Assembly (NCBI GenBank): GCA_964016885.1
Contig: CAXHJY010000998.1
Span: 111,168-175,167 of the forward strand
DNA length: 64,000 bases
Reading direction: 5' to 3'
Source: Eledone cirrhosa
Lineage: Eukaryota
This document shows, piece after piece, positions 60,122 through 64,000 of the stretch. The notes under the pieces were generated by a model that did not search any database, had not been told where the DNA came from, and saw nothing but the letters and a program-made list of their open reading frames with translations. How positions within the stretch are numbered: the stretch's first letter is position 1; each line of letters begins with the position of its first letter. The position numbers and the translations under genes are program-made.

Positions 60122-60861
60122 GTTTGACTCTGTATCCAATGAATTATATCGTTGAAAATTTTGTATTTTAAACATTGCTTCACGACATCTACATACGGAT
60201 TTCATTGAGTTTTCATACGGTTTAGACCCTACCATTGAGTGGTAGATTTATCTGTATATATATATATATATATAAAGGAGATCAATAGAATTGTTTGAAT
60301 CTCAATTTTATATATATATATATCAACTAGAAATTGATTGACATATAATTAAACATATGAAACAATCACAGGGGATAATTTGTAAAAGTGTGTAAGCACA
60401 CATAGCTAGGTAGGTAACTAAATAAAGTTTAACACGAACTTCAAAAATAGATACCTTATAATTTGATTAATCTTCCTCGTATATATTGCATTAAAGAAAT
60501 ATATTTATATATATATATAATATATATATAATATATATATCATATATATATATAATATATATATAATATATATATCATATATATATATAATATATATATA
60601 ATGTTTAAATAAATAGAATGAAATAAAAATGTCATATATTAGCGAATTCGAATAATGGTTCCTACACACAGACAGAAGCCCCCCCCCCCCCCCAACATAA
60701 TGTAATGGGTCGGTGTGTTTCTGTATGCATATATATATAGATATAGAAGGAATAGTGTCCGAAATGTTAAGACATTTTTCTTACTATAGCAAGCGTTAAA
60801 GTAATTTCTTAATTGTACTCTCTTTTTTGCTTTGTTCTTTCTATTTATTTTGTATATATAT

Positions 60862-61016
<155 letters not shown>

Positions 61017-61115
61017 CGTGTGTGTAATTATTTTCATTCTTGAAAATTTTCAAAACTCCGCTTTTTACTCTTAAATATTCTTTCTTTGTCTCTCTCCCGC
61101 CTCTCTCTCTCTCTC

Positions 61116-61174
<59 letters not shown>

Positions 61175-61192
61175 ATCTCTCTATCCCTCTAA

Positions 61193-61270
<78 letters not shown>

Positions 61271-61405
61271 TACTCTCATTTACTCACTCTATCTATCCAT
61301 CTAAAATATTCATCGTTCGCTCCCCCCCCATTCCATGTTTCTCTCTAATTCTCTTTAATTCTCTTTTTTTTCTCTCTCTCTCTCTCTCTTTTTCTCTATC
61401 TATCT

Positions 61406-61467
<62 letters not shown>

Positions 61468-61679
61468 ACCTAGCTCTCTCCTTCTCTCTATCTCCCACTA
61501 CCCTCTCTACAATGTTATCTCATTGTTAGGAAATGGCAAGCAGATGTGAACCAACTGATTAATTTGTGGAAACAGCATAAAACATGTGTCTTGGAGATGT
61601 TTCCTCTCAACGTTGATGGACGTCTCTCACCAATTCTACATATTTAAAGGAACACCACCTAACATGGGACACCCTATAG

Positions 61680-62350
61680 CTGGTTGACAAAGTCGCTAGA
61701 AATAGCAGATGCATCTCACTCAAATCACACAAAAGCCGTCTTAAAAAAAAAAAGAATAAGCAAACGAAAGACATCGTACGTGGCATATCGACCAGTTAAA
61801 CATAGTAGCTAAATCTACCTCATACCATATTAAAGCTGTCACAAAGCAAAAGGGCAAGCCGAGGTAAGGGCGTCTTCGTAGTTAGTCGATCTGTTACGCT
61901 TAATAACTAATATCCTACATTATCATCGACTTTGTGAAGGCGTATGGCTTAGTGGGTAGAGAGTTCGATTCACAATCATGAAATCGTGAATTCGATTCCC
62001 AGAGCGGGCAATCTATCTTGTGCTTGATCATAGCACTTTATTTCTCATTGCTTCCTTGATTTGATCTGACAAGTCCCACCCACTCAATAAGCAAATGAGG
62101 TCTGATATCTTGTCGATTCAGATCAAATCATACACTACCATCGTAATAAGAACGAGTATTAGGCAATGAAGGAATTACTACGTAGTTCGACCTTTAAGAG
62201 ATAGCAGCCAAATCCTTCCTTAATTCACAAACTAATATTAAAAAAATAGGAAAATATAATCCAGCTAGGGAGCTTCTGTTTGGTTACTCTGCGTTAGAAA
62301 TGGTAGGCCCATGTTCCATTCTCCCTCAAATAACACGGTTTGCCGACCTT
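61680..62350 (+). repeat. Decayed array of an AGAAATAGCAGCCAAATC..CTCAAATCACAC module
   Basis: Copies near 61697, 62197 and 62294; dispersed copies near 10409, 30151, 28548 (-) and 5445 (-). Confidence 0.55.
61936..62053 (+). mobile_element. SINE family 2, diverged
   Basis: GAAGGCGTATGGCTTAGTGG head, TTCGATTCC B box. Confidence 0.7.
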
Positions 62351-62781
62351 GTAAAGAGAGAAACATAAACATTTCAAAGATACCAGGGCTACAATGTTGC
62401 TGGTTCTCGAGGAAAATTAATTTTATACTAACAAATTCTTTATTATCCGCAGCACGTATTTAAAAAAAATATATATTCTAGATTTATCCATCGTGGTAAA
62501 CAACTCTAACAATTCCACACTGTTTTCGCAATCTACAACAAATTATTAGATGCCGAAGTAGAATCTCATCAAAGTATCTAAATTTCTCTTGTCTCAATAA
62601 TTCAAGTATCTCGGTGCCTACTTTGATATTAATGTTCCGTGTAGCAGCGTCCCTGGGTATTTCGACTATTCATTAATTCAATTCAAACATATGGTGTATG
62701 TAATTCATACATATCACACAATGTAAATCTTCCTTTTATCAAGCTGTACCGAGAAAGACAACCCCACGTAAACACTTATGT

Positions 62782-62877
<96 letters not shown>

Positions 62878-62919
62878 GCGATCACACACACACTCACACG
62901 AGCACACAAACATGTTTAG

Positions 62920-62985
<66 letters not shown>

Positions 62986-63077
62986 GCACTCAAACATTTA
63001 TATACACACGTTTACATATCTATTTATCTATGTAAGAGTGTGTACATATGTATATATGTATATACGTGCATGTACAC

Positions 63078-63123
<46 letters not shown>

Positions 63124-63337
63124 GGAGGGCTATTTAATACTATTGAAGTCTTCTCGATGGTCCTCCTCCCCCACTACTGTGATGTGAGAACAACCACGGT
63201 ACTGACACAATACATATTTCAAACGTCCAAATATACAACAACACCAACAACAAACACTGCATTGAAGTAACTCAAAACCAACTCTACTACTACAACTAAT
63301 ACTTCTACTACTACTGCTGCTACTATTACAACAACAA

Positions 63338-63405
<68 letters not shown>

Positions 63406-63557
63406 ATTAAGATAAACATCGCCACATGCCTCCTCTCTTCTTACAACGAACTCTCTATTTCTACAACTCAAGCGCCATCTTGATTTTCCTCTCTGCACCT
63501 TTCTCATCGTTTCTTTTCTCCCTTTCTCTCATAAAGACTATTCCCACCCACTTGCAT

Positions 63558-63611
<54 letters not shown>

Positions 63612-64000
63612 ATATATTCCCCTCTCATCTTATCTCTTACATTATCTGTTTTTCCATCGCTCCCTCGCACTCTATCTCCTGTGACAGTACCTTCCGTCTT
63701 ACTTCTCGAAACTCCTGTTGTTCAGATGAGGAGTAGTGAGAGAAGAGACTAACAGGATAGTAGTATAGTCGTTATAGTATGGTTGTTATAGTATGGTTGT
63801 TATAGTATGGTTGTTAAACCTAATATAGTTGTTGATGTGGTGTGTAGTGAGTGGTAGGGTTACTGTTGTAGTGTTGGTGTTGTAGGGTTGGTGTGTGGTG
63901 AGTGGTAAGGGTATATGTTACTGTTGTAGTGTTGGTGTTGTTGAGGTAGTGTGTAGTGAGTGGTAGGGGTAAATGTTGTTAGTGTTGTAGTGTTGTTGAT

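Overview
AT-rich, microsatellite-saturated eukaryotic DNA. The repeat families look like those of a coleoid cephalopod (octopod); this is pattern recognition, not a database result. Almost every ORF in the supplied track is a translation of simple repeats and is not a gene. The real content is: (i) two tRNA-derived SINE families; (ii) RTE- and CRE-clade LINE fragments, two with twin-priming-type 5' inversions, and one RTE sharing its 3' tail with a SINE; (iii) a piggyBac-type MITE; (iv) many 50-800 bp islands wedged between (TA)n tracts that carry type I hammerhead ribozyme (HHR) motifs and fold-back palindromes, i.e. Penelope-like/retrozyme-like mini-elements. One island (49285-49664) starts exactly at its predicted ribozyme cleavage site. 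Another (24393-25197) has terminal repeats that differ by a cluster of T/C changes suggestive of fixed A-to-I editing. A few small exons and a possible divergent promoter (52.3/54.0 kb) hint at a long-intron gene, at low confidence.
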